Numbered from the stretch's first letter, positions 52,292 to 63,187 are shown. The stretch: 64,000 nt of DNA from Nostoc sp. DedSLP01 (GCA_034530875.2 JAVRCJ020000025.1:1-64000), one strand, 5' to 3'. Numbers and translations: made by a program. Notes: generated by a model from the sequence alone, not told the origin.

Positions 52292-52462
52292 ATGCCCTAT
52301 ACAACCGAAGAAGGCGGTCGCCTGAATAATTTTGCTAAGGAACCAAAGGTTTATCAAGCAGAACCTCCTACTGAAGGGCAAAAGCGAAACTACATTTTCT
52401 TAGGAATCGCTGGTGCAGCTTTAGTTGGAGGCTTGATTGTAGTTGCCTTCTCTGTATCTTAA
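52292..52462 (+). CDS. psb34: Ssl1498/Psb34 family PSII assembly protein (56 aa); missing from ORF track
   Basis: MPYTTEEGGRLNNFAKEPKVYQAEPPTEGQKRNY followed by a single TM helix. Confidence 0.88.
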   Translation: MPYTTEEGGRLNNFAKEPKVYQAEPPTEGQKRNYIFLGIAGAALVGGLIVVAFSVS

Positions 52463-52697
52463 AACGGTTGAGCGTAAAACATTTTAATAAAATTTGATTT
52501 TTCTAGTTTTTCAGGTTCCAATTTTAGAGGAGCCTGCTTTTTATTTTTTGTTAAAATTGAATAAGCAGGTAAGTATAATTGCGTATTTTCTTATTCTACT
52601 AAACTTTAAAGACTAAAGTTATACATAATTAAATTTTTAGCTGACTTCGATATACCCACAAAGGTGATATATACTTTGTTTTGGCTCTCTAGCCGCT

Positions 52698-54896
52698 ATG
52701 AGCGTGAATGATATTGCACACAACGATAATTTTAATTTGAATCGGCAAGTATACCAACGCTTAAAACTTGCCTTAAGTCTTGGTTTGCGGCGACAACTTT
52801 TTTTGGCAGTATGTGACGATTTACACTTGAGAAACCAAGTAGCAGCGCGTTTGCATTCTACATTGGCTTATCCTGTGGGGCAAGTGCTATATCAACCAGC
52901 AAATGCTCAAGAAAATAGCACTCCCGCTTATCCACGATTAGTCACATTGCGTTTGAATTTAAACGATCCCAATCCGATAATTCAAGTTAATCAATGGTTA
53001 GCTAATTATCCACCGCCAATTGTTGGGGCATCAAAAGATAGTCCAGGAAGACCTTCTCCAATACCAGCATTTCAGATTGTAGGCGTAGAGCAGCTAACCA
53101 AGCAACCTGTAGCGACACAGCGGTTATTTTTACACAATCTGCGCTTAAGCGAACAATATTTCTCGACACCAGAATCCAGTCGATTTTTAGAATCTAACTT
53201 GGTGTTGTGGGTACCGCGTCCTTGGCTGTCTGCTATCCAACAATCAGCGCCACAGTTTTGGCGTTGTCGTACTGGTGTATTTGTGTTTGCTGGAGAACCA
53301 ACACCAGCAACTAACAATTCAGGTTATCCAGAACGTTTTTCTAATTCTAGAAATTTGGATGTAGGGAATTCTATTTTAGATGAATCTGTTACCCAACCAG
53401 AACTCAAACCAACAACTGCTGAATTAAAGTTTGAAAATAATTCCGAGTCACCAGCACATACACAAGAAAATAACACGCACAAAACCCAAGAAGTTGCGCT
53501 GCCGATCGCAGATTTTTTGAAGACGGAATCGCAACAGCAGGAATCTACTTTTCGATCTAGTAATGGAAACGTTTCGCTGTCTTCTTTAGTTCATGTTAGC
53601 AGTGAATTAACAGAATTAGTATTAGCAACAATCGACACCAAGGCTACTCAAGATACAGAGGATGACTGGCAACCGCAGCAGATTTTATTGGAGATTGAAG
53701 AATTACATTCACAACAAGTTTCTGAGGATGTGTTGGCAGAAGCTTATCATCGCTTGGGTAATTTATACCGCCTTCGGATTGAGCAAGGAGAGTCAACTTT
53801 AGAAAATTTGATGGTGGCAATTATTGCCTATCAAGAGGCAATTAGCTATGACGAAGCTTCACCGCAACTCCCAGATATTTTGAATGATTTGGGTACGCTT
53901 TATTGGATGTTATCTCGTACACCACCAAATTCTCTAGAGGGACAAACCTATATAGAACAAGCAATAGAATTTTATCAGTTGGCATTAAATATAATTTCAC
54001 CACAGACTCATCCAGAAACTTACGCGCGGGTGCAAAATAATTTAGGGACAGGCTATGGCGATTTAGCTCGTTTTTCTCAACCTGCTGAAAATTGGCAACA
54101 AGCAGTCTTAGCTTACTGCGAAGCCCTCAAATATCGTACAGCCGATATGGATTTTTTAAAGTATGCTGCTTGCCAAAATAATTTGGGTACTGCTTATTGG
54201 CATTTAGCGCAATATAATCAACCAATTGTGCATTTAAAGAAAGCGATCGCAGCTTACAAACAAGCACTCGTACACTACAATTCCCAAGAGGAACCCCTCA
54301 AGTATGGGATGATTCAAAACAACATCGGTACTGCCTATTGGAATCTCGCACAATACGAACAATCTGCTGAAAATTTACAACTAGCTATTAATGTTTATAA
54401 CGAAGCTCTGAAATATCGTACCCCTGCTAATGTTCCTAATGCTTGCGCCGCCACACAAAATAATTTGGGTACTGCCTATTGGCATTTAGCAAATTTATCT
54501 CAAAGCACTAAAGACACGCGACAAAAATATCTTCAATTATGCATTAATGCTTACGAAGAAGCTATAGCTTTGGCTCATGCACTCAATGGCTATCCTTTAA
54601 GTTTTGATTTGCTCGCTTCGCATAATAACTTAGGACTAGCACATTATCAGCTAGTAATAGATAAGTCTTTTAATGGGGATAAAGCAACACGTTCTCAACA
54701 TTTAGAACTTGCATTAGAACATCATTTACAAGCTCTAAATGGATTGAGTAAGCAACCAGAAGCTTATCAAACGACCTTTGCTTATGTGGTGAAAACTATT
54801 CGTGCTTTTCATAATGAATTAGGCATACAGGGGCAAAATCTGGCTTTATCAAAAGTTCCGAGCCAATTGTTGCCAGAAATTTTGTCAAAGCTATAG
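52698..54896 (+). CDS. Tetratricopeptide repeat protein
   Basis: Repeated YAxxQNNLGTAYWxLA TPR units. The N-terminal domain resembles an inactive NTPase module (APQFW motif). Confidence 0.88.
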   Translation: MSVNDIAHNDNFNLNRQVYQRLKLALSLGLRRQLFLAVCDDLHLRNQVAARLHSTLAYPVGQVLYQPANAQENSTPAYPRLVTLRLNLNDPNPIIQVNQWLANYPPPIVGASKDSPGRPSPIPAFQIVGVEQLTKQPVATQRLFLHNLRLSEQYFSTPESSRFLESNLVLWVPRPWLSAIQQSAPQFWRCRTGVFVFAGEPTPATNNSGYPERFSNSRNLDVGNSILDESVTQPELKPTTAELKFENNSESPAHTQENNTHKTQEVALPIADFLKTESQQQESTFRSSNGNVSLSSLVHVSSELTELVLATIDTKATQDTEDDWQPQQILLEIEELHSQQVSEDVLAEAYHRLGNLYRLRIEQGESTLENLMVAIIAYQEAISYDEASPQLPDILNDLGTLYWMLSRTPPNSLEGQTYIEQAIEFYQLALNIISPQTHPETYARVQNNLGTGYGDLARFSQPAENWQQAVLAYCEALKYRTADMDFLKYAACQNNLGTAYWHLAQYNQPIVHLKKAIAAYKQALVHYNSQEEPLKYGMIQNNIGTAYWNLAQYEQSAENLQLAINVYNEALKYRTPANVPNACAATQNNLGTAYWHLANLSQSTKDTRQKYLQLCINAYEEAIALAHALNGYPLSFDLLASHNNLGLAHYQLVIDKSFNGDKATRSQHLELALEHHLQALNGLSKQPEAYQTTFAYVVKTIRAFHNELGIQGQNLALSKVPSQLLPEILSKL

Positions 54897-55089
54897 TGTA
54901 GCCTCAGGAAAATATGGCTATACTTACTCGCAAGTGTCAAAAATGCTGAAAGGGTTGGGCATTAAGTTCATTAGTGCAAATTTACAGCAAAACCGTCCCT
55001 CTCCGAATCTGAGAGGGACATACTTGAACTTTTATTCAATGTAGGGAGAGGTCTATATATCGCCTTTTTTATCAGACAAAAGTTTTTCC

Positions 55090-55422
55090 TTATGTTGTGA
55101 ACTCATTAATACCAACAAGACGAGTCATGTCTCCTTGTGTAATAAAATGGTACGAGCCATTAGGATCTACACTTGCCAGTACTGGAATATAACCGCTTCT
55201 TGAAGAATTATAATCAACAAAATTTCCCTTGTAATTATTGCTCTCACCAGGCTGTAGAACTTGCCTTTGACGTTCTATATTACTAGCAAAAGGGTAAAAA
55301 GTTTGTGTCCTGTCTGTCTCATTTTTAAGAGAAAATCCACCGAAAATTTCCGATGCTTCATCACAACTTAAGTCACCCAACAAATCTTGATTAAAACTAT
55401 TTGAAAAAACTGATTTTAACAT
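55090..55422 (-). CDS. Small secreted protein with double-glycine leader
   Basis: 29-aa leader ending LLGDLSCDEASEIFGG, then an 81-aa beta-rich mature part. Confidence 0.6.
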   Translation of the reverse strand: MLKSVFSNSFNQDLLGDLSCDEASEIFGGFSLKNETDRTQTFYPFASNIERQRQVLQPGESNNYKGNFVDYNSSRSGYIPVLASVDPNGSYHFITQGDMTRLVGINEFTT

Positions 55423-55473
55423 AAAGCCTCGCAAAGATAGCTTACATTCATAGTTTTTACAAAAGAAAAATTG

Positions 55474-55515
55474 TTTTAATCAGCCCATAGTTATATTTTA
55501 ATCAGCCCATAGTTA
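55474..55515. repeat. Tandem 20-bp direct repeat
   Basis: TTTTAATCAGCCCATAGTTA at 55474-55493 and 55496-55515. Confidence 0.85.
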
Positions 55516-55761
55516 GATTCATTAATTAGCCTACTGGTGGTTGACCAGCCCAATATCTGGCTAACGTCGTATTCACTTGAGATAAGCGATGTGGAAGTTT
55601 TGTATATAGTCAAGATTGTCAATTTATTTACCAAGTTAATGTTGAGGCGATCGCCATTCAATTGTGCAAACGAATGAAAATTTGACACCGCAAACTGCAA
55701 CTGCGGGGAATTTCTGATAAAACAGATGTTGAACTGAATCTCCTGGGGCAAAATAGAAAAC

Positions 55762-57114
55762 ATGGCGAATGAATCGAATTCTTCAAATCTACCAACCCCA
55801 GAATCTATCCCACAACATGACTTGCAGCCAGATGACTTTGATGGTAGTGCCACCGAGAATCACCTAAGCTCAGAAGCACTAGCGACACAACAAGCCCTAG
55901 CGACGATCGCATCTTTGCAATCTCTACAAAATACAACTGCTCTCAAACAAGCTCGTTCTGGCTTCAACCAAACCTTTACCAAGCAATTCACAGCCAAGCC
56001 GAGAGCATTGTTGCTAGTCTTTGCTGCGATCGCCGTTACCTTTACGGGTATTATTCTCAATAACTGGATCGTTGGCGTTGTGGGAACGCTAGTAACTTTA
56101 CTGTTATCCCTGGCAATATTATTACCTTGGTTCCTAGAAGTTATTGACGAGTGGTTTTCACCCATAGAAAGGACGCTGTTCGTTGGTTTTTTGGGATTAA
56201 TAACAGCCATCATCGGCTCGATCAGGTTTACAGGTATAGGCTCGCGCTTGCTGCTTTTAGGACGCCACATTAACTGGGACATTGCTGGTAGCCTAGCCGA
56301 ATGGTTTGGAGCTTTAGGACAAATTCTCATCGCCATCATCGCTGTTTATGTAGCTTGGCGACAATATGTGATTTCCAAAGACTTGACAATTCAGCAAAAT
56401 CTGCTGACAGTTCAGCAAAATATTATTACCCAACAGCAAACGATTGACTCTTATTTTCAAGGCGTTTCCGACTTAGTATTAGATGAAGAAGGATTATTAG
56501 AAGATTGGCCTCAAGAAAGAGCGATCGCTGAAGGACGGACTGCGGCAATTTTAAGTAGCGTCGATGGCAGTGGTAAAGCCAAAATTCTCCGCTTTCTCTC
56601 GCGTTCCAAGTTGCTCTCACCTCTAAAACGCGATAGTCGATTAGGTAGAGCCATTCTCGATGGTATAGGTGGTTACGCTGAAGACCGCCTCGATGGTGTG
56701 CGCGTCATCGATTTAGGCGTAATGCTTGCAGCAGCAGACCTTTCTGGTACCGATTTACGTTGGACTGACCTCAGCGAAGCTAATCTCGTCCGCGCCAATT
56801 TGGTCGGCTGTGACTTAGTAAAAGCTAACCTCTCCCGCACAATTTTATATGATGCCAATCTCACTGGTGCTGACTTGAACGGAGTTCGTCTATTCTACGG
56901 TGTAGCGGAGAAAGCATCACCCCGCAGTCGCACCGAACCACCAGATTATCAAACAGGCGAACAAACTGGTGCTGTGGTGGAAAAAGCCGATTTCACTAAC
57001 GTGCAACGCATGTCTGAATCTGCACGTTATTACTGTTGTGCTTGGGGTGGCGAAAAAACTAGAAATACTATTCCTGGTGGTTGTGAAGGTATTCCAAATA
57101 AATTAGGACAATAG
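55762..57114 (+). CDS. Pentapeptide-repeat membrane protein
   Basis: TM helices, QQQTIDSYFQG, and ADLSGTDLRWTDLSEANL repeats. Confidence 0.88.
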   Translation: MANESNSSNLPTPESIPQHDLQPDDFDGSATENHLSSEALATQQALATIASLQSLQNTTALKQARSGFNQTFTKQFTAKPRALLLVFAAIAVTFTGIILNNWIVGVVGTLVTLLLSLAILLPWFLEVIDEWFSPIERTLFVGFLGLITAIIGSIRFTGIGSRLLLLGRHINWDIAGSLAEWFGALGQILIAIIAVYVAWRQYVISKDLTIQQNLLTVQQNIITQQQTIDSYFQGVSDLVLDEEGLLEDWPQERAIAEGRTAAILSSVDGSGKAKILRFLSRSKLLSPLKRDSRLGRAILDGIGGYAEDRLDGVRVIDLGVMLAAADLSGTDLRWTDLSEANLVRANLVGCDLVKANLSRTILYDANLTGADLNGVRLFYGVAEKASPRSRTEPPDYQTGEQTGAVVEKADFTNVQRMSESARYYCCAWGGEKTRNTIPGGCEGIPNKLGQ

Positions 57115-57198
57115 TTATCAGCCAAAATACTTAAACAATGAGGATAACAATAGCTTCGCTTACCGGATTTATGAAAGCCATTGCGATCGAGAAATTTT

Positions 57199-57577
57199 TT
57201 ATCCTATTTGATTTGCTTCTAACCAGTTAAGTAAATCTTCAATAGCTGTAAAATCTAGTAAAGCTTCAGCCAGTGCTTCTAACTGTTCTAACGAAAGAGT
57301 TTGAATGCGCTTGTGAACCTCTTGTGGTAACTCTCCTACCCGTTTTTGCAGTTGTCGCAGGACGAGTGTTTGCCCTTGTTGTTGTTTTCCTCGCTCGTAG
57401 CCAATGCGCTCCCCTGTAGTAATGTAGCTCATAGTCTGCTACTGCTCGAATTGTTTAAACTCTTACCAAAATTCTGCTTCCAAGGCTTTTGGTAAAATCA
57501 TAACCCAATCAATAAATCGATACAGGTTACGAATATCTGTTTCTGGCAAGCCTAATTCATACAAACGCCGAATCAAG
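57199..57577 (-). pseudogene. Rpn/YhgA-like (DUF4351) gene remnant; C-terminal 77-aa ORF 57199-57432 intact
   Basis: LIRRLYELGLPETDIRNLYRFIDWVMILPKALEAEFW*EFKQFEQ*QT-MSYITTGERIG...LSLEQLEALAEALLDF...DLLNWL. Two nonsense codons, and the 5' part is missing. Confidence 0.85.
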
Positions 57578-57819
57578 CACAATCGAGTCTAAAACGGTAC
57601 TTCGTCCCGCTAGGAAGACAGCCTTTTAAGGCGAAAAGTTTTTGGAACGAGGTATAAATCCTCGCTACAAAAACGGCCTCCTGCCTTCGTTAACAGTTAA
57701 AGAACTAGAGATATGAAAAAATGCAGCGAGATAAGGAAATGAGGAGGCTGGGAAGAATAATAACTTTGAGCGTCAACACTCAGCACTCCCAATATCCAAT
57801 GTCGGCTTCTATTGGATTG

Positions 57820-58605
57820 TCATACACTCCAGTAATTCTCGCCTTCGGGTAGGGTAAGAATTTCAACACCATCTTCTGTCACAGCTATAGTATGCTCAAA
57901 TTGGGCAGAAAGCTTGCGATCGCGAGTTACAGCAGTCCACTTATCGCCCAGAACTTCGACTTCGTAAGTTCCTTCGTTAATCATTGGCTCGATAGTAAAA
58001 ACCATCCCTGGTCTGAGACGCTTGCCTTTACCCCGGGTGCCATAGTGGGGAATATCCGGCGCAGTATGAAAAATGTTACTTATCCCGTGTCCCACAAAAT
58101 CCCGCACTACAGAGAACCCTTGTGCTTCGGCATACTCTTGAATGGCTGCACCAATATCGCCAATGCGTGCCCCTGGTTTAACTTCAGCAATGCCCAAGCG
58201 CAAACACTCCTCTGTCACCTCCACCAACTTTTTCGCTTTTGGTGATGGAGTACCGACAAAAAATGTCTTCGATGTATCGCCGTGGTAACCTTCAACAATC
58301 GGTGTCACATCAATATTAATAATGTCACCATCCTTAAGGATTTGCTTGGCATTAGGAATGCCGTGACAGATGACCTCATTTACACTAGTGCAAATCGATT
58401 TGGGATAACCTTTATAACCAAGAGGTGCGCTTTTTGCTCCATGTGCTTGCGTCCAACGTTCAGCTTCATCATTAAGTTCCAGAGTGCTAACCCCTGGCTT
58501 CACCATCGGTTCGAGATGCTTTAGAAGCTTGGCTGCTAAGCGTCCAGCTTGACGCATTTTGTCTAATTCTCGTTGGGATAAAATAACAATTAGTTCGGTT
58601 TTCAT
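57820..58605 (-). CDS. map: Type I methionyl aminopeptidase
   Basis: SVNEVICHGIP, NIDVT, GDTS, GHGI, FTIEPMIN and AQFEHT. Confidence 0.97.
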   Translation of the reverse strand: MKTELIVILSQRELDKMRQAGRLAAKLLKHLEPMVKPGVSTLELNDEAERWTQAHGAKSAPLGYKGYPKSICTSVNEVICHGIPNAKQILKDGDIINIDVTPIVEGYHGDTSKTFFVGTPSPKAKKLVEVTEECLRLGIAEVKPGARIGDIGAAIQEYAEAQGFSVVRDFVGHGISNIFHTAPDIPHYGTRGKGKRLRPGMVFTIEPMINEGTYEVEVLGDKWTAVTRDRKLSAQFEHTIAVTEDGVEILTLPEGENYWSV

Positions 58606-58615
58606 CAATTTCGAT

Positions 58616-59677
58616 CTAGATATCTTTCATAAATACAGTTAAACCTGTCTGGGCAGCTCTTTGGGCAGCATCAGCAATTTTTAGAGCATACAAGCTTTCC
58701 TCTGGGGTAACGTACAAAGGAGTGCCATTAAAAAGATGGTCTAACACCATAATTGTGTCTTTGGCGAACAAACCCCGGCGAGGGCCAACCTCTATATTTG
58801 TTGTTTCCCCTGGCTGGATAAAAAGTCCTGTGTCGCCATCAAAAACTAAACCGCCCTTTTCCCCGTGAACTTCAAATTTGCGTTCTGACTGCCAAAGAGT
58901 TTCGCCTTTGCCGTAGATTACTTGGGCTAAAAGTCCACTGTTAAAGGAGAGTTGGCTAATACATAAGCAACTTTGGTAATATTCTGATTCTGTTTGCCAA
59001 TATCGCTGGTGACAGTTAACACTAAATACTTTACCAAACAAATCTGTGAGACGGTGTAGGCGCGACAAGGCACCAATTAACGGAAAACCGAAAAGCTCAT
59101 GGTTGTAAGTCCATTTTCGGGGTGCAGGATTTTGGGGATTGATGGTGCTGTAGCGGACATAAAATACTTCACCAATTTTGGCTAAGTTTTGCTTCAAAGC
59201 TTGATGCACGCCACCCAAAAGTTCTAGATGTTCGACGTGAAGGAGTTTTTGTTGTGTTTTAGCTAAGGCGATGAGTTCTTCAGCTTCTGCCACATCCAGC
59301 GAAAGCGGATACTCGACAATTACATGTTTGCCATTGGTAAGTGCTGCACGAGCGATCGCACCATGATCCCGATTCACCGTGCAAATTACCACCAGATCTA
59401 TATCTCGGCGTTCTACTAGCTGTTCCCAAGAACTCAAAGCTTCAATTTCATACTCTTTGGCAAAGGTTTGGGTTTTATCTGTTGTATGACCGACAACTGC
59501 GACTAAGTGCGATCGCTTAACCTCTTGTTCCCGCATTCGCTCATCATTCAGAAACGCCTCAGCGCGGAACTTTGCCGCATATCCAGTACCGACCAAACCT
59601 ACACGCACTTTTGCTTTTTCCAAAGCTGCTTTTGAATTATACACGATATTTCCTAGTTCTATTTTCGATCCTCTCAC
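58616..59677 (-). CDS. bvdR: Gfo/Idh/MocA oxidoreductase, probable biliverdin reductase
   Basis: VGLVGTGYAA, VEYPL, LHVEHLELL, FGFPLIGALSR and RRGLFAKD. Start is uncertain. Confidence 0.8.
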   Translation of the reverse strand: MRGSKIELGNIVYNSKAALEKAKVRVGLVGTGYAAKFRAEAFLNDERMREQEVKRSHLVAVVGHTTDKTQTFAKEYEIEALSSWEQLVERRDIDLVVICTVNRDHGAIARAALTNGKHVIVEYPLSLDVAEAEELIALAKTQQKLLHVEHLELLGGVHQALKQNLAKIGEVFYVRYSTINPQNPAPRKWTYNHELFGFPLIGALSRLHRLTDLFGKVFSVNCHQRYWQTESEYYQSCLCISQLSFNSGLLAQVIYGKGETLWQSERKFEVHGEKGGLVFDGDTGLFIQPGETTNIEVGPRRGLFAKDTIMVLDHLFNGTPLYVTPEESLYALKIADAAQRAAQTGLTVFMKDI

Positions 59678-59939
59678 GCTAGTAGTACTATTTCTTATTC
59701 ATTCATGGACATGAGGGATTGGAACTTGTGGGGAGATAGGGTGGTGGGGTGAAATTCTCGTCCCATTTCCCAGAAAATTGTTATTTCGCGATCGCAGCCC
59801 GATTATATCAAGCTATTTATAAACAAAACTTATCTGTATTAACTAACTAAATTTCATTACTAATCGGGGTCATTTTACTGTTACATGAATTAATTTTTCC
59901 CGTAGTATCAGAATTGAAGCAAATTAATAAAGCGGCTAA

Positions 59940-60311
<372 letters not shown>

Positions 60312-60452
60312 AAATTAGGCGTCTCAACAATAAATCTCTTGCAAGAGTTACTGATGTTGAAATAATAGAAGCAACGGATTTATGAGAAATATTCTCCCGG
60401 TGGTTATGTATCATTTCTCATGATAGTTTGACAAAAAGCCTAATTTTATAAG

Positions 60453-60488
60453 AAAGCAGGAACATCAAATTTAGTGTGTTCCTGCTTT
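60453..60488. terminator. Bidirectional terminator
   Basis: AAAGCAGGAACA / TGTTCCTGCTTT inverted repeat between convergent genes. Confidence 0.75.
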
Positions 60489-60507
60489 ATTAATATGTTT
60501 ATAGGTG

Positions 60508-62175
60508 TCAATTGGTGAGTTGTTTGCTGAGAGTTTTGATTTCAGTCTCAGGATAGTAGAATTGCAGAATTTTCTGATTCGACCAACCAAGTTTAGCTAA
60601 ATTTTGAGCGCCAGTTTGACTCAAGCCGACTCCATGTCCCAACCCACCGCCAATAAAGGCGTATCCCCATAGTTCTGGTTTGCCTTTGTTCAAAGGTTCT
60701 ATATAAAAAAGCGTACTTGTGGGAGCAGCAAAAGCGCTGCGAACCTCGTCTTTGTGGAGAATAAAGATACTCTTATCCGTTTTCACTGCGAGTTCCAGAA
60801 TACGTCCACTCTCGCTTCGCTTCACCACAGCCATAGCCTGAATTGTTTTAAATTTGGCATGAGGACTGTTTTTCACCTGCAAAAATTTCTGTAAGTCTTT
60901 GATAATATCCTCTAAGGGGGTTTCCCTGCGCCAACGAAACATATTCCACTCAGTTTCATTAAATCCTTGCCGCATATTAATAAACTTTTGGAAGTTCTTT
61001 TCATCGGCTAAACTTTGCTTCGATAAGTTCCAAAGATTAGTAGCAGCATCGATTACAGGACGCAGATAAGGACGATCTTCACCATTCCAAACATCGCTAA
61101 AGGAAGCGGTAACGCCGCCGGTGGTGGAAGAATATAAGGCGTCTATTAGTTCGTTTTTATAAGTTAGTACCTTACCCCTGGTTGTAGCGATCGCTTTATC
61201 TGTTTTCGCAGCTGCTCCATTCAACCCATAATAAACTTGGCAGTGAGTATCAGCGCACAACTGGTAATTATCTGCCGCAAACCTATGTAAATTTCTCAAG
61301 GCATAAGTGCGAGCAAGAATTGCTTGAGCTTCTAGCGCTGCTGTTGGTGCATCCGTACCTATTTCATAAGGCACAACCCCACGCAAATAAGTTTCTAAGG
61401 GTACTTGATTAACTAAAGTGTATGTCCCATAAGCATTTGGTTGTAAATTTAGCCGTCCTGAATACAAACGAGCATTTTCTGGCTTATCGCTTTTATTCAC
61501 CCGAATTAAGTTTTTTTCTGTGCTAATTTCCAACTTATCCGGGCTGTAGCGCTTATTATCCACCACCCAACTGACTCGCGGTACTTGTTTCAAAACTTTG
61601 GTATCAAGATATGCTTTTTCTTGATTAGCAGCTTGGATGTTCTGCAATAACAAACGCCGCAATAAAGGAGTGCTGTAAACATCGCGTTTCGCCCAAACTT
61701 GCCAGCGTTCTGGTTGGGCTATTTCTACTTCGATTCCCTGAGAACGCCATTTTTTGGCACTGTCTTCCGCAGTTTCAAAGGTGCGGTATGTACCCAAGAC
61801 TACAACTTCCTCAACCTCCGACTGAGGTAAAGCTTGCATTACTGTTTCCAGCTTTACAGGCTTATTGGTAACCACTATTTGCTGCTTGTTGCCCGTTTGA
61901 AATTTTAACTTTAAGCGATCGCCTTTTGTCGGTTCCAGTTGCAGCTTGGCTGTGGCTTGGGCGCCAAATCGCTGCACAATCCCAATTTTCAGTTCTACAT
62001 CCTGGATATTGCTCTCAGGCCCCGATGCCGCAGTCAGCCCCAATAGGCTAAATGTCGTCACTACAGTGTAGGAAAAACGCCAAAAGGAAAATTTCATAGG
62101 TAGCTGATTTTGCCCCTTAATGCGGCGTTGGAGCTGGTTTTCCAATTGCTTTGTAACGCGGTCTTTTTGTCGCAT
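60508..62175 (-). CDS. SpoIID/LytB domain protein (lytic transglycosylase/amidase enhancer)
   Basis: YLRGVVPYEI, ALEAQAILARTYA, HCQVYYG and GHGVGLSQ. Start is at 62175 or 62097. Confidence 0.9.
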   Translation of the reverse strand: MRQKDRVTKQLENQLQRRIKGQNQLPMKFSFWRFSYTVVTTFSLLGLTAASGPESNIQDVELKIGIVQRFGAQATAKLQLEPTKGDRLKLKFQTGNKQQIVVTNKPVKLETVMQALPQSEVEEVVVLGTYRTFETAEDSAKKWRSQGIEVEIAQPERWQVWAKRDVYSTPLLRRLLLQNIQAANQEKAYLDTKVLKQVPRVSWVVDNKRYSPDKLEISTEKNLIRVNKSDKPENARLYSGRLNLQPNAYGTYTLVNQVPLETYLRGVVPYEIGTDAPTAALEAQAILARTYALRNLHRFAADNYQLCADTHCQVYYGLNGAAAKTDKAIATTRGKVLTYKNELIDALYSSTTGGVTASFSDVWNGEDRPYLRPVIDAATNLWNLSKQSLADEKNFQKFINMRQGFNETEWNMFRWRRETPLEDIIKDLQKFLQVKNSPHAKFKTIQAMAVVKRSESGRILELAVKTDKSIFILHKDEVRSAFAAPTSTLFYIEPLNKGKPELWGYAFIGGGLGHGVGLSQTGAQNLAKLGWSNQKILQFYYPETEIKTLSKQLTN

Positions 62176-62236
62176 GAGTGCTCCAATGATACCATTACCA
62201 GTTTTGCCCCAAATAAATATTACTTGCAAAACAAAG

Positions 62237-62251
62237 TCATAATGAGTATGA
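62237..62251. promoter_or_regulatory. PerR/Fur-like 7-1-7 box upstream of srxA-dps
   Basis: TCATAAT-G-AGTATGA, a near-palindrome similar to the Per box TTATAATnATTATAA. Confidence 0.55.
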
Positions 62252-62293
62252 TTTATTTAGAGATACAAAAGAGAATTAATCGATAAACTCCTT

Positions 62294-62557
62294 ATGGTCA
62301 GAGTCCAGGAAATTCCATTAAATCAGATTAAACGCCCCTTGCCCCGTACAAACGATCCAAATAAAGTAAAAGCCTTAATGGAATCGATTGCCGAGATTGG
62401 GCAGCAAGAACCGATAGATGTCCTCGAAGTAGATGGACAATATTATGGCTTTTCTGGTTGCCATCGGTATGAAGCTTGCCAGCGCTTAGGCAAAGAAACC
62501 GTTTTGGCCAGAGTCCGTAAAGCACCCCGCAGCGTTTTGAAGATGCACTTGGCGTAG
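62294..62557 (+). CDS. srxA: Sulfiredoxin
   Basis: ParB-like fold with FSGCHRY. Confidence 0.93.
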   Translation: MVRVQEIPLNQIKRPLPRTNDPNKVKALMESIAEIGQQEPIDVLEVDGQYYGFSGCHRYEACQRLGKETVLARVRKAPRSVLKMHLA

Positions 62558-62695
62558 GGAATGGGGCAAGGGGCAAGGGGGAAAAGAAAGATCCCTCCTT
62601 TTCCCTTTTCCCTTTTCCCTTTCCCCAAGGCGTTGCCATCTCCCCATGCCCAATATCCAATCCCCAATTACATATAACCCAATTAGGAGAAAATT

Positions 62696-63187
62696 ATGTC
62701 ATCAGAAGTAACAGTCAAAAATCTGAATATCGGCATTGACGATGCGAGTCGGGCTAAAATTGCCGAGGGATTATCTCGGTTGTTGGCTGACACCTACACG
62801 CTGTATTTGAAAACTCATAATTTTCATTGGAATGTAACTGGGCCGATGTTCCAAACTTTGCACCTAATGTTTGAGACCCAGTATACAGAATTAGCGCTAG
62901 CAGTTGATTTAATTGCTGAGAGAATTAGAGCGCTTGGCTATCCTGCACCAGGAACCTACAGCGAATATGCCAAATTAAGTTCGATTCCAGAAACTCCTGG
63001 AGTTCCGAAAGCTGTGGACATGATTAAGTTACTAGTGGAAGGACAAGAAGCTGTAGTCAGAACTGCACGCTCTATTTTTCCAGTAGTGGACGAAGTTAAC
63101 GACGAACCTACTGCTGATTTGTTGACTCAGCGGATGCAAGTACATGAAAAGACAGCTTGGATGCTGAGAAGTTTGCTGGAAGAATAA
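62696..63187 (+). CDS. dps: Dps family ferritin-like protein
   Basis: [22 protein letters not shown] and HEKTAWML. Confidence 0.95.
   Translation: MSSEVTVKNLNIGIDDASRAKIAEGLSRLLADTYTLYLKTHNFHWNVTGPMFQTLHLMFETQYTELALAVDLIAERIRALGYPAPGTYSEYAKLSSIPETPGVPKAVDMIKLLVEGQEAVVRTARSIFPVVDEVNDEPTADLLTQRMQVHEKTAWMLRSLLEE

Noticed and set aside
55491..55853. 120-aa minus-strand ORF
   Set aside because: It overlaps the start and promoter of the pentapeptide gene antisense and shows no recognisable motif.
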